DNA of 24,000 nucleotides from Psychromonas hadalis ATCC BAA-638 (GTDB lineage Bacteria > Pseudomonadota > Gammaproteobacteria > Enterobacterales > Psychromonadaceae). Made by a program: the position numbers and the translations under genes. The notes below the pieces were generated by a model. The model ran no database searches. It was not told where the DNA came from and was given only the letters and a program-made list of their open reading frames with translations. Below are positions 1 to 9,038 of this stretch, one piece after another. Where the stretch lies: NCBI RefSeq assembly GCF_000420245.1, contig NZ_ATUO01000002.1:10628-34627 (forward strand). The letters run 5' to 3'. Position 1 is the first letter of the stretch; every line of letters starts with the position of its first letter.

Positions 1-54
1 GAACAAAGCGCAAAAGTAGTGGCAAGTCAAATTATTAAATTACTGGATTTCTAA
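1..54 (+). CDS. aroK: C-terminal end of shikimate kinase (partial, continues upstream of window)
   Basis: Frame 1 reads [17 protein letters not shown] and ends in TAA at 52-54, overlapping the aroB ATG. Identity is inferred mainly from the conserved aroK-aroB order. Confidence 0.7.
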   Translation, partial: EQSAKVVASQIIKLLDF

Positions 55-1124
55 TGGATAAATTAACGGTTGATTTAGGCTCTCGTAGCTACCCGATCTC
101 AATTGGTGAAAACCTATTAGCGCAGAGCGATCTTTTTGCTACTGCCATCACGGGTAAAAAAGTGATGATTGTCACTAATGATATCGTTGCACCACTCTAT
201 TTAGAACGCTGTAAAAATAGTTTAAAACAGTTCGTGATTGATGAAATTATTTTACCTGATGGTGAAAAATATAAGACGTTAGCCACTTTTGAAACGATTT
301 TGAGTGCCCTGCTTGAGAAAAAACATGCACGTGATACCACTATTATCGCATTAGGTGGTGGTGTGATTGGTGATATGGCTGGGTTTGCTGCCTCTTGCTA
401 TCAGCGTGGCGTGCCATTTATTCAAGTGCCGACGACCGTATTATCACAAGTTGATTCATCTGTGGGTGGTAAAACGGCGGTGAACCACCCGCTTGGCAAA
501 AATATGATTGGTGCTTTTTATCAGCCACAAGCGGTTATTATTGATATTAATTGTCTGAAAACATTACCTAAGCGTGAATTTTCAGCAGGGATGGCGGAGG
601 TGATTAAATATGGCATTATTTATGATGCTAAATTCTTCGCTTGGCTTGAAGATAATGTGAGTGATATCAAATCACTACAGTCCAAAGCCATTACCTATAT
701 GATTAAGCGTTGTTGTGCAATCAAAGCAGAAATTGTAGCGCAAGATGAGAAAGAGCATGGTATACGTGCATTGCTTAATTTAGGCCATACTTTTGGTCAT
801 GCTATTGAAGCTGAGCAGGGTTATGGAAACTGGTTACATGGTGAAGCAGTTGCAGTCGGCATGGTACTTGCGGCTAAAACAGCACTCATTTTAGGGTTGT
901 TAGAACGCCCTCAGGTTGAGCAGATCATGCGACTTATTAAACAATTTGATCTTCCGCTGGATGGCCCCAAAAAAATGAATTATGAGCATTTTGCAAAACA
1001 TATGCAGCTTGATAAAAAAGTATTAAATGGACAATTACGATTAATTCTACCGACTGGCATTGGCAGTAGTGAAATCTATTCTGATGTTAGTGAAGCTGTG
1101 CTTCGTAGTGTAATTGAACATTAA
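54..1124 (+). CDS. aroB: 3-dehydroquinate synthase
   Basis: 356-aa ORF with typical AroB motifs ([59 protein letters not shown]) in aroK-aroB-damX-dam order. Confidence 0.98.
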   Translation: MDKLTVDLGSRSYPISIGENLLAQSDLFATAITGKKVMIVTNDIVAPLYLERCKNSLKQFVIDEIILPDGEKYKTLATFETILSALLEKKHARDTTIIALGGGVIGDMAGFAASCYQRGVPFIQVPTTVLSQVDSSVGGKTAVNHPLGKNMIGAFYQPQAVIIDINCLKTLPKREFSAGMAEVIKYGIIYDAKFFAWLEDNVSDIKSLQSKAITYMIKRCCAIKAEIVAQDEKEHGIRALLNLGHTFGHAIEAEQGYGNWLHGEAVAVGMVLAAKTALILGLLERPQVEQIMRLIKQFDLPLDGPKKMNYEHFAKHMQLDKKVLNGQLRLILPTGIGSSEIYSDVSEAVLRSVIEH

Positions 1125-1129
1125 CCGTC

Positions 1130-2824
1130 ATGGTTGAGCGCACACTTATCTCATTTCCGTCGCAGGTGCAGCTTATTGAACGCCTGCAACATCTACTGTA
1201 TCTATCATCTTCGATGATCTTTATCTCAGGTGAAAAGGGCAGTGGTAAAAGCACGCTTATTGAACAGCTTTCCAATCAGTTACCCAATAAAACTTTGCAA
1301 GCTTTTATTTCACTTGCTGAGCCCATCTCTGCGTCTAAAATTCGTCAGCAAATTATTTCTCAGCTGTTTGAAGACCCACTCTTTGATGCTGATGCTAGTT
1401 TGCATGACACGTTACTTTTATTAAAAGATAAGCAACGCGCTGATATCGCGCGTATTGTGGTGATTGATAACGCAGAACTGTTGCCCGCATCTCTACTTAT
1501 TGAACTTTGTGATGTGATCAAACATAAATCACAGCTGAGTGAGAGTGAAATAAACTTTATTTTACTCAGTGGTGAGCAGACTAATAATCAGATGTTAGAT
1601 ACGATTAAAGGCACTGCAATTGCCACGTTAACGTTCAAGTTAGCTGCACTTAACCAGCAGGAAGCATCGCAATTATTACAACATAGTTTTGAGCAACTGG
1701 GTTACTCTCCCAAACTGCTGCATCAAGATGCACTGTTTAAGCAACTTTTATTATGCAATGGTATCCCGCAAAAAATATTGTTATTAGCCACAGAAATAAG
1801 CCAAGATGAGTTAGAGGATGTAAGTCCCTCTTGGTTTAAAACACGTTTTCCTGCACTATTGTTGATGCTTTTATTGGTGGCTATTGCAGGGGGTGGGGCT
1901 TTTTATCTTTATCCAAAATTTAATGCACCAAAAATTTCCCCAGAAATAATCATTGAAACTGACACTGTTTTATTAGATGAGATAGTGGCAACTGAGCTAA
2001 TTACCGATGTGTCTACTGAAATAAAGCAAACAGAAGAGTTAGCTGGGCAGTGGTCTAATGATAAAGAGGATATAATAGATAATCAATTAAGTGTGGGTGA
2101 AGCTGATAATAAGGAGCGAGTGACTATATCAGAACAGCAGTTACTTGAGCTAGCGCAACAAACCGATTCAATCGACGAGGTTGAAAATGAACCTCTGTCT
2201 GAAGTGAGCATTTTAGCAGTACAAAAACCTGTCGTAGAGAAGGTCGTTATAGAAAAACCTACTCTAGAAAAAATAAAGGCAGCTCAACAAGTTGAGCCTA
2301 TCACTTTAACTGAGTTTAAAGTTGAGCCTATCACTTTAACTGAGTTTAAAGTTAAGCCTATTACCTTCACTGAGTTTAAAATAGAGTCTGTTGCAGCGTC
2401 ACAATCCCCTGAAAAGCAGGTGATTATTGTACAAGCGATCACTGAGTTAGACGTTCCAATCGCCGTAGAAAAATTACAATCAGTACAACAGGTCAGTGAA
2501 CTTGCTGAAACAGATAGTATTTTTACTGACAAGGCTTTTTTGTTAGCGGTTAAACCTGAACTTTATACGCTGCAACTTTCTGCTATGAGCTCTGAAAAAT
2601 CACGACAAGAGTTTGCAGAAACACATCAATTACCACAAAAAGATGTTTACCTTTATCAAACCATTCGTAACGGAAAAAATTGGGTTGTGGTGATTTACGG
2701 TCAATTTAAAACGCGTCAAGAAGCGAATAAAATGGCTAAAAACTTGCCCAATAGCTTTGTTAATTTAGATAGCTGGGTCAAAAAATATGCAGCGGTACAT
2801 CGGGATCTACAGTTAAATGAGTAA
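1130..2824 (+). CDS. damX: DamX-like cell-division protein: N-terminal AAA/Walker A (GEKGSGKSTL), a TM segment (LLLMLLLVAIAGGGAFYLY), a low-complexity linker and a C-terminal SPOR-like domain
   Basis: 564-aa ORF between aroB and dam. Domain layout and the C-terminal sequence YTLQLSAMSSEKSRQEFA...VVIYGQFKTRQEANKMAKNLP are typical of SPOR. Confidence 0.92.
   Translation: MVERTLISFPSQVQLIERLQHLLYLSSSMIFISGEKGSGKSTLIEQLSNQLPNKTLQAFISLAEPISASKIRQQIISQLFEDPLFDADASLHDTLLLLKDKQRADIARIVVIDNAELLPASLLIELCDVIKHKSQLSESEINFILLSGEQTNNQMLDTIKGTAIATLTFKLAALNQQEASQLLQHSFEQLGYSPKLLHQDALFKQLLLCNGIPQKILLLATEISQDELEDVSPSWFKTRFPALLLMLLLVAIAGGGAFYLYPKFNAPKISPEIIIETDTVLLDEIVATELITDVSTEIKQTEELAGQWSNDKEDIIDNQLSVGEADNKERVTISEQQLLELAQQTDSIDEVENEPLSEVSILAVQKPVVEKVVIEKPTLEKIKAAQQVEPITLTEFKVEPITLTEFKVKPITFTEFKIESVAASQSPEKQVIIVQAITELDVPIAVEKLQSVQQVSELAETDSIFTDKAFLLAVKPELYTLQLSAMSSEKSRQEFAETHQLPQKDVYLYQTIRNGKNWVVVIYGQFKTRQEANKMAKNLPNSFVNLDSWVKKYAAVHRDLQLNE
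2291..2380 (+). repeat. Three tandem 30-bp in-frame repeats inside the damX linker
   Basis: gttgagcctatcactttaactgagtttaaa occurs identically at 2291-2320 and 2321-2350, and diverged at 2351-2380 (gttaagcctattaccttcactgagtttaaa). Encodes VEPITLTEFK x2 and VKPITFTEFK. Confidence 0.97.
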
Positions 2825-3644
2825 ACAAAAACATCGTGCTTTTTTAAAGTGGGCTGGCGGGAAATATTCGCTAACAGAGCAGATAAATCTACGTTTACCA
2901 CCAGGAAAACGTTTGATCGAACCTTTTGTTGGTGCATGTTCAGTGTTCTTAAATAGCGACTTTGATGAATACCTGCTTAACGATATTAATGCCGATTTGA
3001 TTGCCATGTATAACATCATAAAACGTAAACCGAAGCAGTTTATCGAAGATGCGAAGCACTATTTTCAGCCTCAATATAATGATGAAGCTACCTATTATAA
3101 AATTCGTGAACAGTTTAACTTGTGCGACGATGCTTATCAGCGTTCACTGATGTTTTTATATATGAACCGTCATGGTTACAATGGCTTATGTCGTTATAAT
3201 CAAAGTGGTGGTTTTAACGTGCCATTTGGACGCTATAAAAAGCCCTATTTCCCAGAAAAAGAACTACTGTTTTTTGCTGAAAAAGCCAAAAAGGCGACCT
3301 TTGTTTGTAAGCCTTACCAAAAATTATTCCAGTATTTACGTGATGATGATGTGCTGTATTGTGATCCTCCGTATGTGCCACTAAGTAAAAGCGCCTCTTT
3401 TACAGGTTATGCCAAAGAAGGTTTTAGTTTAGATGATCAAGCTAATTTAGCGCGTCTTGCACGTGAATCAAAGTGTGCAGTATTACTGAGCAACCACGAC
3501 ACCATTTTAACGCAAGCGCTCTACCATGGCGCTATTTGCGATAAAATACAGGTGTCACGCACAATCAGTAGTAATACCAAAAATCGTGAACCCGTAGGTG
3601 AAGTATTTGCCCTGTTTAGTGCGATTACCGACAATAAAAAATAG
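2817..3644 (+). CDS. dam: DNA adenine methyltransferase (Dam, GATC)
   Basis: 275-aa ORF with FLKWAGGKYSL, IEPFVGACSVFLN and the catalytic DPPYVPLS motif. Its start overlaps the damX stop. Confidence 0.97.
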   Translation: MSKQKHRAFLKWAGGKYSLTEQINLRLPPGKRLIEPFVGACSVFLNSDFDEYLLNDINADLIAMYNIIKRKPKQFIEDAKHYFQPQYNDEATYYKIREQFNLCDDAYQRSLMFLYMNRHGYNGLCRYNQSGGFNVPFGRYKKPYFPEKELLFFAEKAKKATFVCKPYQKLFQYLRDDDVLYCDPPYVPLSKSASFTGYAKEGFSLDDQANLARLARESKCAVLLSNHDTILTQALYHGAICDKIQVSRTISSNTKNREPVGEVFALFSAITDNKK

Positions 3645-3717
3645 TCTGTTGTAGCCTTGCTGACTTGGCATTTTGAAGTATCATAGTGGCATCTTTTTCT
3701 GCCACTGGATGTAAACC

Positions 3718-4386
3718 ATGACCGATTACTTAATTGCCCCCTCTATCCTCTCTGCCGATTTCGCCCGTTTAGGTGAAGATGTTAAAAAAGTGCTTGCTGA
3801 TGGTGCTGACGTCGTTCATTTTGACGTGATGGATAACCATTATGTGCCGAACTTAACCATCGGTCCGATGGTCTGCAAAGCACTGCGCGATTACGGTATT
3901 ACGGCGCCCATTGATGTGCATCTAATGGTAAAACCCGTTGATACTATGATTGTTGATTTTGCTAAAGCGGGTGCGTCAATTATCACTTTCCATCCAGAAG
4001 CTTCTGAACATGTTGATCGTTCTCTGCAATTGATTAAAGATAACAACTGTAAAGCAGGTTTAGTGTTAAACCCTGCGACTTCACTTGATGTGTTAACGCA
4101 TGTAATGGACAGACTTGATGTTATTCTCCTCATGTCGGTTAACCCAGGATTTGGCGGACAATCTTTTATCCCGCATACCCTTGAAAAGCTACGCCAAGTT
4201 AAAAAACTCATCGAAGCAAGTGGTCGTGATATTCGTCTACAAGTTGATGGTGGCGTTAAGGTTGATAATATTAAAGAGATTGCACAGGCGGGCGCAGATA
4301 TGTTTGTGGCAGGCTCAGCTATCTTCAATCAGCCTGACTATAAAACGGTCATCGATGAGATGCGTAGCGAGCTTGCAAACGTTTAA
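3718..4386 (+). CDS. rpe: Ribulose-phosphate 3-epimerase
   Basis: 222-aa ORF beginning [19 protein letters not shown], with [32 protein letters not shown] and VDGGV motifs. Confidence 0.98.
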   Translation: MTDYLIAPSILSADFARLGEDVKKVLADGADVVHFDVMDNHYVPNLTIGPMVCKALRDYGITAPIDVHLMVKPVDTMIVDFAKAGASIITFHPEASEHVDRSLQLIKDNNCKAGLVLNPATSLDVLTHVMDRLDVILLMSVNPGFGGQSFIPHTLEKLRQVKKLIEASGRDIRLQVDGGVKVDNIKEIAQAGADMFVAGSAIFNQPDYKTVIDEMRSELANV

Positions 4387-5048
4387 TGGCTAAAATAGAA
4401 AATATTAAACTTATCTGTTTTGATTTAGATGGTACGTTAGTGGATAGCGTACCAGATTTGCGTTTAGCATTGAATGCGATGCTCGATGAATTTCAGCTGT
4501 CACATTGCCATGATCAGCAGATAAAAACGTGGGTAGGTAACGGTTTACTTAAATTGGTCGAACGTGCCTTGGTGCATGCCGATAACCAAATTGTTACACA
4601 AAGTGATGCGTTTAATTGTTTTGAAAAACATTATCAGCACTATCTGAATAGCGCGTCCTGCTTATATCCTGATGTTGCTCATACTTTGAAAACACTAAAA
4701 AGTAGAGGTTATCGTACTGCGCTTATCACCAATAAAGCAGAGCGATTTTTGCCTGAATTATTAAAATATTTTAACATTGAAGAACATTTCGATCTGGTGA
4801 TTGGCGGTGATACATTAACCAAAAATAAACCCGATCCAATGCCGGTGAATTTTGCACTTGAGCACTTTTCAGTAGATAAATCACAGGCAGTGATGGTCGG
4901 TGACTCAAAAAACGATATTTTAGCAGGACAAAATGCCGGCTTGTTAAGCATTGCATTAACCTACGGTTATAACTATGGTGAGCCTGTTTCATTGTTAAAC
5001 CCAGATTATATTATCGATCAATTCAACGAATTATTAACGCTATTGTAA
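4386..5048 (+). CDS. gph: Phosphoglycolate phosphatase (HAD family)
   Basis: 220-aa ORF with FDLDGTLVDSVPDL and MVGDSKNDILAGQNAG. TAATG overlap with rpe and conserved rpe-gph-trpS order. Confidence 0.95.
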   Translation: MAKIENIKLICFDLDGTLVDSVPDLRLALNAMLDEFQLSHCHDQQIKTWVGNGLLKLVERALVHADNQIVTQSDAFNCFEKHYQHYLNSASCLYPDVAHTLKTLKSRGYRTALITNKAERFLPELLKYFNIEEHFDLVIGGDTLTKNKPDPMPVNFALEHFSVDKSQAVMVGDSKNDILAGQNAGLLSIALTYGYNYGEPVSLLNPDYIIDQFNELLTLL

Positions 5049-5066
5049 GCGTGCAAGGAAGTTAAA

Positions 5067-6068
5067 ATGACTAAACCAATTGTATTAAGTGGCTGCCAGC
5101 CATCAGGTTCATTAACTATCGGTAACTACATGGGCGCACTGCGTCAATGGGTGACCATGCAAGAAACCAGTGACTGCCTATTTATGTTGGTAGATCTACA
5201 TGCGATTACCGTACGCCAAGATCCCAAAGCACTGCGTAGCGCAATCTACGATGGTTTAGCCATGTATCAAGCAGTGGGTATCGACCCACAAAAAAGCATT
5301 ATGTTTATCCAGTCACAAGTACCAGAGCATGCTGAGCTTTGTTGGATCTTAAACTGTTATACACAAATGGGTGAGCTGAATCGCATGACCCAGTTTAAAG
5401 ATAAATCACAAAAGAATGTCACTAATATTAATGCTGGTTTGTATAGTTACCCAGTATTGATGGCCGCCGATATTTTACTTTATGGTCCGAAACACGTACC
5501 AGTAGGCAGCGACCAAAAACAGCACCTTGAACTAGCGCGTGATATTGCTACCCGTTTTAATAATGCTTACGGTGATACCTTTGTGGTGCCAGAGCCCGCT
5601 ATTCCAGAGCACGGTGCGCGCATTATGAGCCTGCAAGATCCCACTAAGAAGATGTCTAAATCAGATGAAAATGTAAAAAACTTTATCGGGTTATTAGAAG
5701 ATCCAAAAGTGATTGCTAAGAAGATCAAAGCGGCGGCAACCGACTCTGATGAAAAAGCGCGTATCTACTTTGATAAAGTTGAAAAGCCGGGTATCTCTAA
5801 TCTACTGACACTGCTTTCTTGCTCAACAGGTACCAGTATTGAAAGCCTTATTCCGCAATATGAAGGGAAAATGTATGGGCATCTGAAAATCGATACTGCC
5901 GATGCGGTAGTGAGCCTGTTAGCGCCAATTCAAGCACGTTTCAAAATGTTACGTGCTGATGAACCTGCATTACAAGCGGTTGCTCGAGCCGGTGCTGAAA
6001 AAGCGCGTGAACGTGCTGCCGTTACACTTGCAACCGTTTATGATCGCGTTGGATTTTTACCAAAATAA
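5067..6068 (+). CDS. trpS: Tryptophanyl-tRNA synthetase
   Basis: 333-aa ORF with [17 protein letters not shown] (HIGH-like) and KMSKSDEN (KMSKS). Conserved neighbourhood. Confidence 0.98.
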   Translation: MTKPIVLSGCQPSGSLTIGNYMGALRQWVTMQETSDCLFMLVDLHAITVRQDPKALRSAIYDGLAMYQAVGIDPQKSIMFIQSQVPEHAELCWILNCYTQMGELNRMTQFKDKSQKNVTNINAGLYSYPVLMAADILLYGPKHVPVGSDQKQHLELARDIATRFNNAYGDTFVVPEPAIPEHGARIMSLQDPTKKMSKSDENVKNFIGLLEDPKVIAKKIKAAATDSDEKARIYFDKVEKPGISNLLTLLSCSTGTSIESLIPQYEGKMYGHLKIDTADAVVSLLAPIQARFKMLRADEPALQAVARAGAEKARERAAVTLATVYDRVGFLPK

Positions 6069-6091
6069 TAACCATTAATTAACCCTACTTT

Positions 6092-6118
6092 AAAAGGCCA
6101 ACTATGTTGGTCTTTTTT
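6092..6118 (+). terminator. Rho-independent terminator downstream of trpS
   Basis: aaaaggccaac-tat-gttggtctttttt: stable stem with one G:U pair, followed by a T-run, 24 nt after the trpS stop. Confidence 0.8.
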
Positions 6119-6204
6119 GTGTTTGTTTAGTGCCTTTTTAAGGTGTTGTAATTTAAATTAAGTGCAAAGAGTAGGTGAGCCAGATATCAAAAGGTGACAA
6201 TAAG

Positions 6205-6234
6205 TTGTTGTCATAAAATTATTTACTTTATAAT
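6205..6234 (+). promoter_or_regulatory. Putative sigma-70 promoter for the lipoprotein gene
   Basis: TATAAT at 6229-6234 with TTGTTG at 6205-6210 (18-nt spacing) or TTGTCA at 6208-6213 (15-nt spacing). Ends 45 nt upstream of the ATG. Confidence 0.45.
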
Positions 6235-6279
6235 GCTTACAAATTTTGTTAATTAACTATTTTATAAAAAGGAATTTAT

Positions 6280-7878
6280 ATGCGATATTTACCTCTTTCA
6301 GCGATAGCGTTATCTGCATTATTGCTCACAGCCTGTGGTGGAAGCTTAGAGGGAGGTGAAGGGACAGATCCGACTCCTACCCCAGAGCCAACTGGTGAGC
6401 CGACTCCTACCCCAGAGCCGAATGTACCACTTCCTGCTGAGCCAGGTGTGCCTGCATCATTTGTCTACATTGGAGCAACACCCTCGTGGATTGCTGTTAA
6501 AGGGACTGGTGGTGCAGGTCGCCAAGAATCAAGTCTTGTTGGCTTCAAACTAATTGATCGTAATGGTGAAGCTGTTGAGAATGTTGATGTAGACTTTTCC
6601 CTTGTTGCACCAGCAGGCACCTCAATTGATCCATCAACAGGTACAACAAATGCAGACGGTATTGTGAGTACTACCGTTTTATCGGGTACGGTTAGTGGCC
6701 CTGTGCGTGTGAATGTTACTACTGATAGTGGCATTACTACGGTGTCAGATAGTCTTTCGGTTTCAACAGGATTACCTGATCAAGATAGTATCTCCCTCTC
6801 TTTTTCAACAAATGCACCCGAAGCACTAAAGATTGATGGTGTGACCTCTGCGATAACCATTCGTTTAGCAGATAAATATAATAACGCTGTTCCTGATGGC
6901 ACTATGATCTACTTTACTACAGAGGGTGGTGCAATCCGTGATGAAGCGACGGGAACTCATGGTTCATGCTTAACGGTGGCTAGTAAATGCTCGTTAGTCT
7001 GGGAATCACAAAATCCACGCCCTAAAGGGAATGAGCTTCATCAGTTTAAAAATGGTTGTGCAGCTTGGGCGTACGGTGAAAGAGTTGATTTCGGCCCTTG
7101 TATTAATGCAGGAGGCATGGGAAGACCTTATGGTGGTCGCGCTACGATTACTGCATATACACTAGGTGAAGAAATTTTTGTAGATAATGATGCAGATGGT
7201 TGGTTTACTGCTGGGGATGATTTCTTTGCCAAAAATAATCTTTCAGAAGTTTTTTATGATCATAATGAAGATGGTTTTTATAAAGAAGAATCAAGTGCAA
7301 TAAATATAGGAGATGAAGAAGAGGGGTATGCTGATTTATCACCTCAAGATGGTGTTTATTCAGACGGTAGTGAGTCCGATTATAATAAATATAATGGATT
7401 ATTATGTGCGCTAGAAAGTGAAAAAGCAGGGTTATGTTCACGTAAACCTGTTTATGTGCGCGCCTCTGGTGTAATGACAATGGCTGCGAGTGTGCCTTAT
7501 ATTCGTGTACAAAATGGAGGGATTGATACTGGTAGCATTGATTTAAGGGGAACGAATGCACAGCAAGATTTAACTGTTTACCTAGCGGGTATCTATAATA
7601 ATGCGCCACCATCAGGTACCACGGTTGTGGTAAGTACTGATAACGGTGAGCTATCAGGACCAACTGATTGGCTTATCGGCGGTGCTTCATCAAATATTGA
7701 TGGTGTATTACCTTTTTTGTTTACGTTTACGATAACCCAAGAAGAGTCTCCAAATAAGAAAACTAGCGGTAAACTTTCAATTGTTATTACCACGCCAGGC
7801 GGTAACGGTATTGCAAGTACAATTACGACTTATACAATGAACGTATATGATGATGCTCCTCCAGAGGCTACACCTTAA
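6280..7878 (+). CDS. Predicted secreted lipoprotein with bacterial Ig-like (invasin/Big-type) domains and a D-rich putative Ca-binding insert
   Basis: 532-aa ORF. Signal peptide with lipobox LLLTAC; PTPTPEP linker; Ig-like segments (DVDFSLVAPAGTSIDPSTGTTNADGIVSTTV..., NAVPDGTMIYFTTEGGAI..., NNAPPSGTTVVVSTDNGEL...). RBS aaggaa before the ATG. Confidence 0.85.
   Translation: MRYLPLSAIALSALLLTACGGSLEGGEGTDPTPTPEPTGEPTPTPEPNVPLPAEPGVPASFVYIGATPSWIAVKGTGGAGRQESSLVGFKLIDRNGEAVENVDVDFSLVAPAGTSIDPSTGTTNADGIVSTTVLSGTVSGPVRVNVTTDSGITTVSDSLSVSTGLPDQDSISLSFSTNAPEALKIDGVTSAITIRLADKYNNAVPDGTMIYFTTEGGAIRDEATGTHGSCLTVASKCSLVWESQNPRPKGNELHQFKNGCAAWAYGERVDFGPCINAGGMGRPYGGRATITAYTLGEEIFVDNDADGWFTAGDDFFAKNNLSEVFYDHNEDGFYKEESSAINIGDEEEGYADLSPQDGVYSDGSESDYNKYNGLLCALESEKAGLCSRKPVYVRASGVMTMAASVPYIRVQNGGIDTGSIDLRGTNAQQDLTVYLAGIYNNAPPSGTTVVVSTDNGELSGPTDWLIGGASSNIDGVLPFLFTFTITQEESPNKKTSGKLSIVITTPGGNGIASTITTYTMNVYDDAPPEATP
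6370..6419 (+). repeat. Two 20-bp direct repeats at 30-bp spacing encoding the PTPTPEP linker
   Basis: ccgactcctaccccagagcc at 6370-6389 and 6400-6419. Confidence 0.95.
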
Positions 7879-7897
7879 TTTTTAAAATTAGGCAAAT

Positions 7898-7923
7898 AAA
7901 AAAGGAGCCTCGGCTCCTTTTTT
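7898..7923. terminator. Bidirectional intrinsic terminator between converging genes
   Basis: aaaaaaggagc-ctcg-gctcctttttt: GC stem flanked by A-run and T-run, lying between the 6280-7878 (+) and 7946-8284 (-) genes. Confidence 0.88.
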
Positions 7924-7945
7924 ATTGCAACAAATAAACCAACAA

Positions 7946-8284
7946 TCAGCTCTTATGGAACTCACTCTGCAGTGCAAACTGGGTTAACTCTTCAATCACC
8001 TGTTTTTTAATCTCTAACTGCTCACTGGCAGGAATCTCATAACGTTTGCTTAATAACTGGTAATCTTCACCATTTAAACTAACCGTCAAACGCGGGCGCT
8101 TAGGCTTTTTGTGAGTGGGCAATTCAAGTAGATGACGGATCTGTTCTGAAGGGCTCACGCCTTTGTCGAGCGCGCTACGACGAATGCTATATTGCAGTTT
8201 ACTGTCCATATCAAAGGCAATCTGTACCGCTTTTACAACTTTGGCTGATTGTTGCCATTTTTCAGGTAATTTACGTTGTGGCAC
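7946..8284 (-). CDS. Conserved-type hypothetical protein, possibly two ribbon-helix-helix-like modules
   Basis: 112-aa ORF, last gene of the YjfI/PspA/YjfK-like cluster. Segments FDMDSKLQYSIRRSALDKGVSPSEQIRHLLEL and PRLTVSLNGEDYQLLSKRYEIPASEQLEIKKQVIEELTQFA resemble beta-helix-helix patterns (inference only). Confidence 0.7.
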   Translation of the reverse strand: MPQRKLPEKWQQSAKVVKAVQIAFDMDSKLQYSIRRSALDKGVSPSEQIRHLLELPTHKKPKRPRLTVSLNGEDYQLLSKRYEIPASEQLEIKKQVIEELTQFALQSEFHKS

Positions 8285-8321
8285 TGTTATTCTCCTTTGA
8301 TTTCATTATTAACCCTACTCT

Positions 8322-8966
8322 TTATTCTTTTATCCACAATTCAGCAATTTCATTCGCAGGTCGCAGGAATGAAAGGTACACATCTGTGTCACCATTTTCA
8401 AATATAAATATGTCTACAAAACGTGTTTCTTGACTACCTTGTAGTGAATAGAACTCAAACTCTTGGCCATGTTTATCTTCATTAAATTGTGGTGGTGTTG
8501 CTCCACGGTAATCTTGACGATGCAGATAACCCGTGGTCATAAAATCTTGTTGAATATATTCGTCTGCAACCATGTCAGCATAATGATGATTATTGGTTAA
8601 TGGCTTTAAGCGTGCGTTGCCCGGTTGCTCAAAGATTTCTGAAAAATCGTCCATATCAAACAATGCTTCAACATCTTCGCGGGGCAATAGTAAGCTAAAT
8701 TTAACTAATTTTTGCGGGTTGTTAGGAAAGCTAAGATAAACCAGTTGTTTACCACTGCCTTGGCCTATTATCTGCGCATGGTGTTCATGTTTGAATTCAA
8801 GCGTGTTGATATCTGTGACTTGCAGTTGCATTTTACGCATCGCTTGGGGCAATGCGAAGCTATCACCAAAGGTAAAAATATCATTTAACTGCAATTCAGA
8901 CGGATGATTAAGCGTGCGTGTTGGCACTGGCTGTTTTTTAGCAAACAGCGATTTGAAAAAACTCAT
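8322..8966 (-). CDS. yjfK: YjfK-like protein (DUF2491 family)
   Basis: 214-aa ORF MSFFKSLFAKKQ...LQLNDIFTFGDSFALP...FIFENGDTDVYLSFLRPANEIAELWIKE, located next to the PspA-like yjfJ gene. Family assigned from recall, no search run. Confidence 0.72.
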   Translation of the reverse strand: MSFFKSLFAKKQPVPTRTLNHPSELQLNDIFTFGDSFALPQAMRKMQLQVTDINTLEFKHEHHAQIIGQGSGKQLVYLSFPNNPQKLVKFSLLLPREDVEALFDMDDFSEIFEQPGNARLKPLTNNHHYADMVADEYIQQDFMTTGYLHRQDYRGATPPQFNEDKHGQEFEFYSLQGSQETRFVDIFIFENGDTDVYLSFLRPANEIAELWIKE

Positions 8967-8993
8967 CGATATACCCTCTTTTAAAATGCAAAA

Positions 8994-9022
8994 AACACGA
9001 GCCCTGTAAAGGGTCTCGTGTT
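8994..9022 (-). terminator. Terminator/attenuator-like hairpin between yjfJ-like and yjfK-like genes
   Basis: On the minus strand aacacgagaccct-ttac-agggctcgtgtt is followed by a T-run (tttttgcatttt). 12-bp stem with a single bulged base. Confidence 0.7.
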
Positions 9023-9038
9023 GATATGGTGGTGTTCA

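Noticed and set aside
1087-1275. 62-aa minus-strand ORF at the aroB/damX junction
   Set aside because: Overlaps two well-supported genes and has no recognisable features.
3891-4328. 145-aa minus-strand ORF
   Set aside because: Fully antisense to the clear rpe gene, with no recognisable motif. Shadow ORF.
7205-7663. 152-aa minus-strand ORF, H/Q/Y-rich
   Set aside because: Antisense to the lipoprotein gene. Its composition is typical of a shadow ORF over D/N-rich coding sequence.
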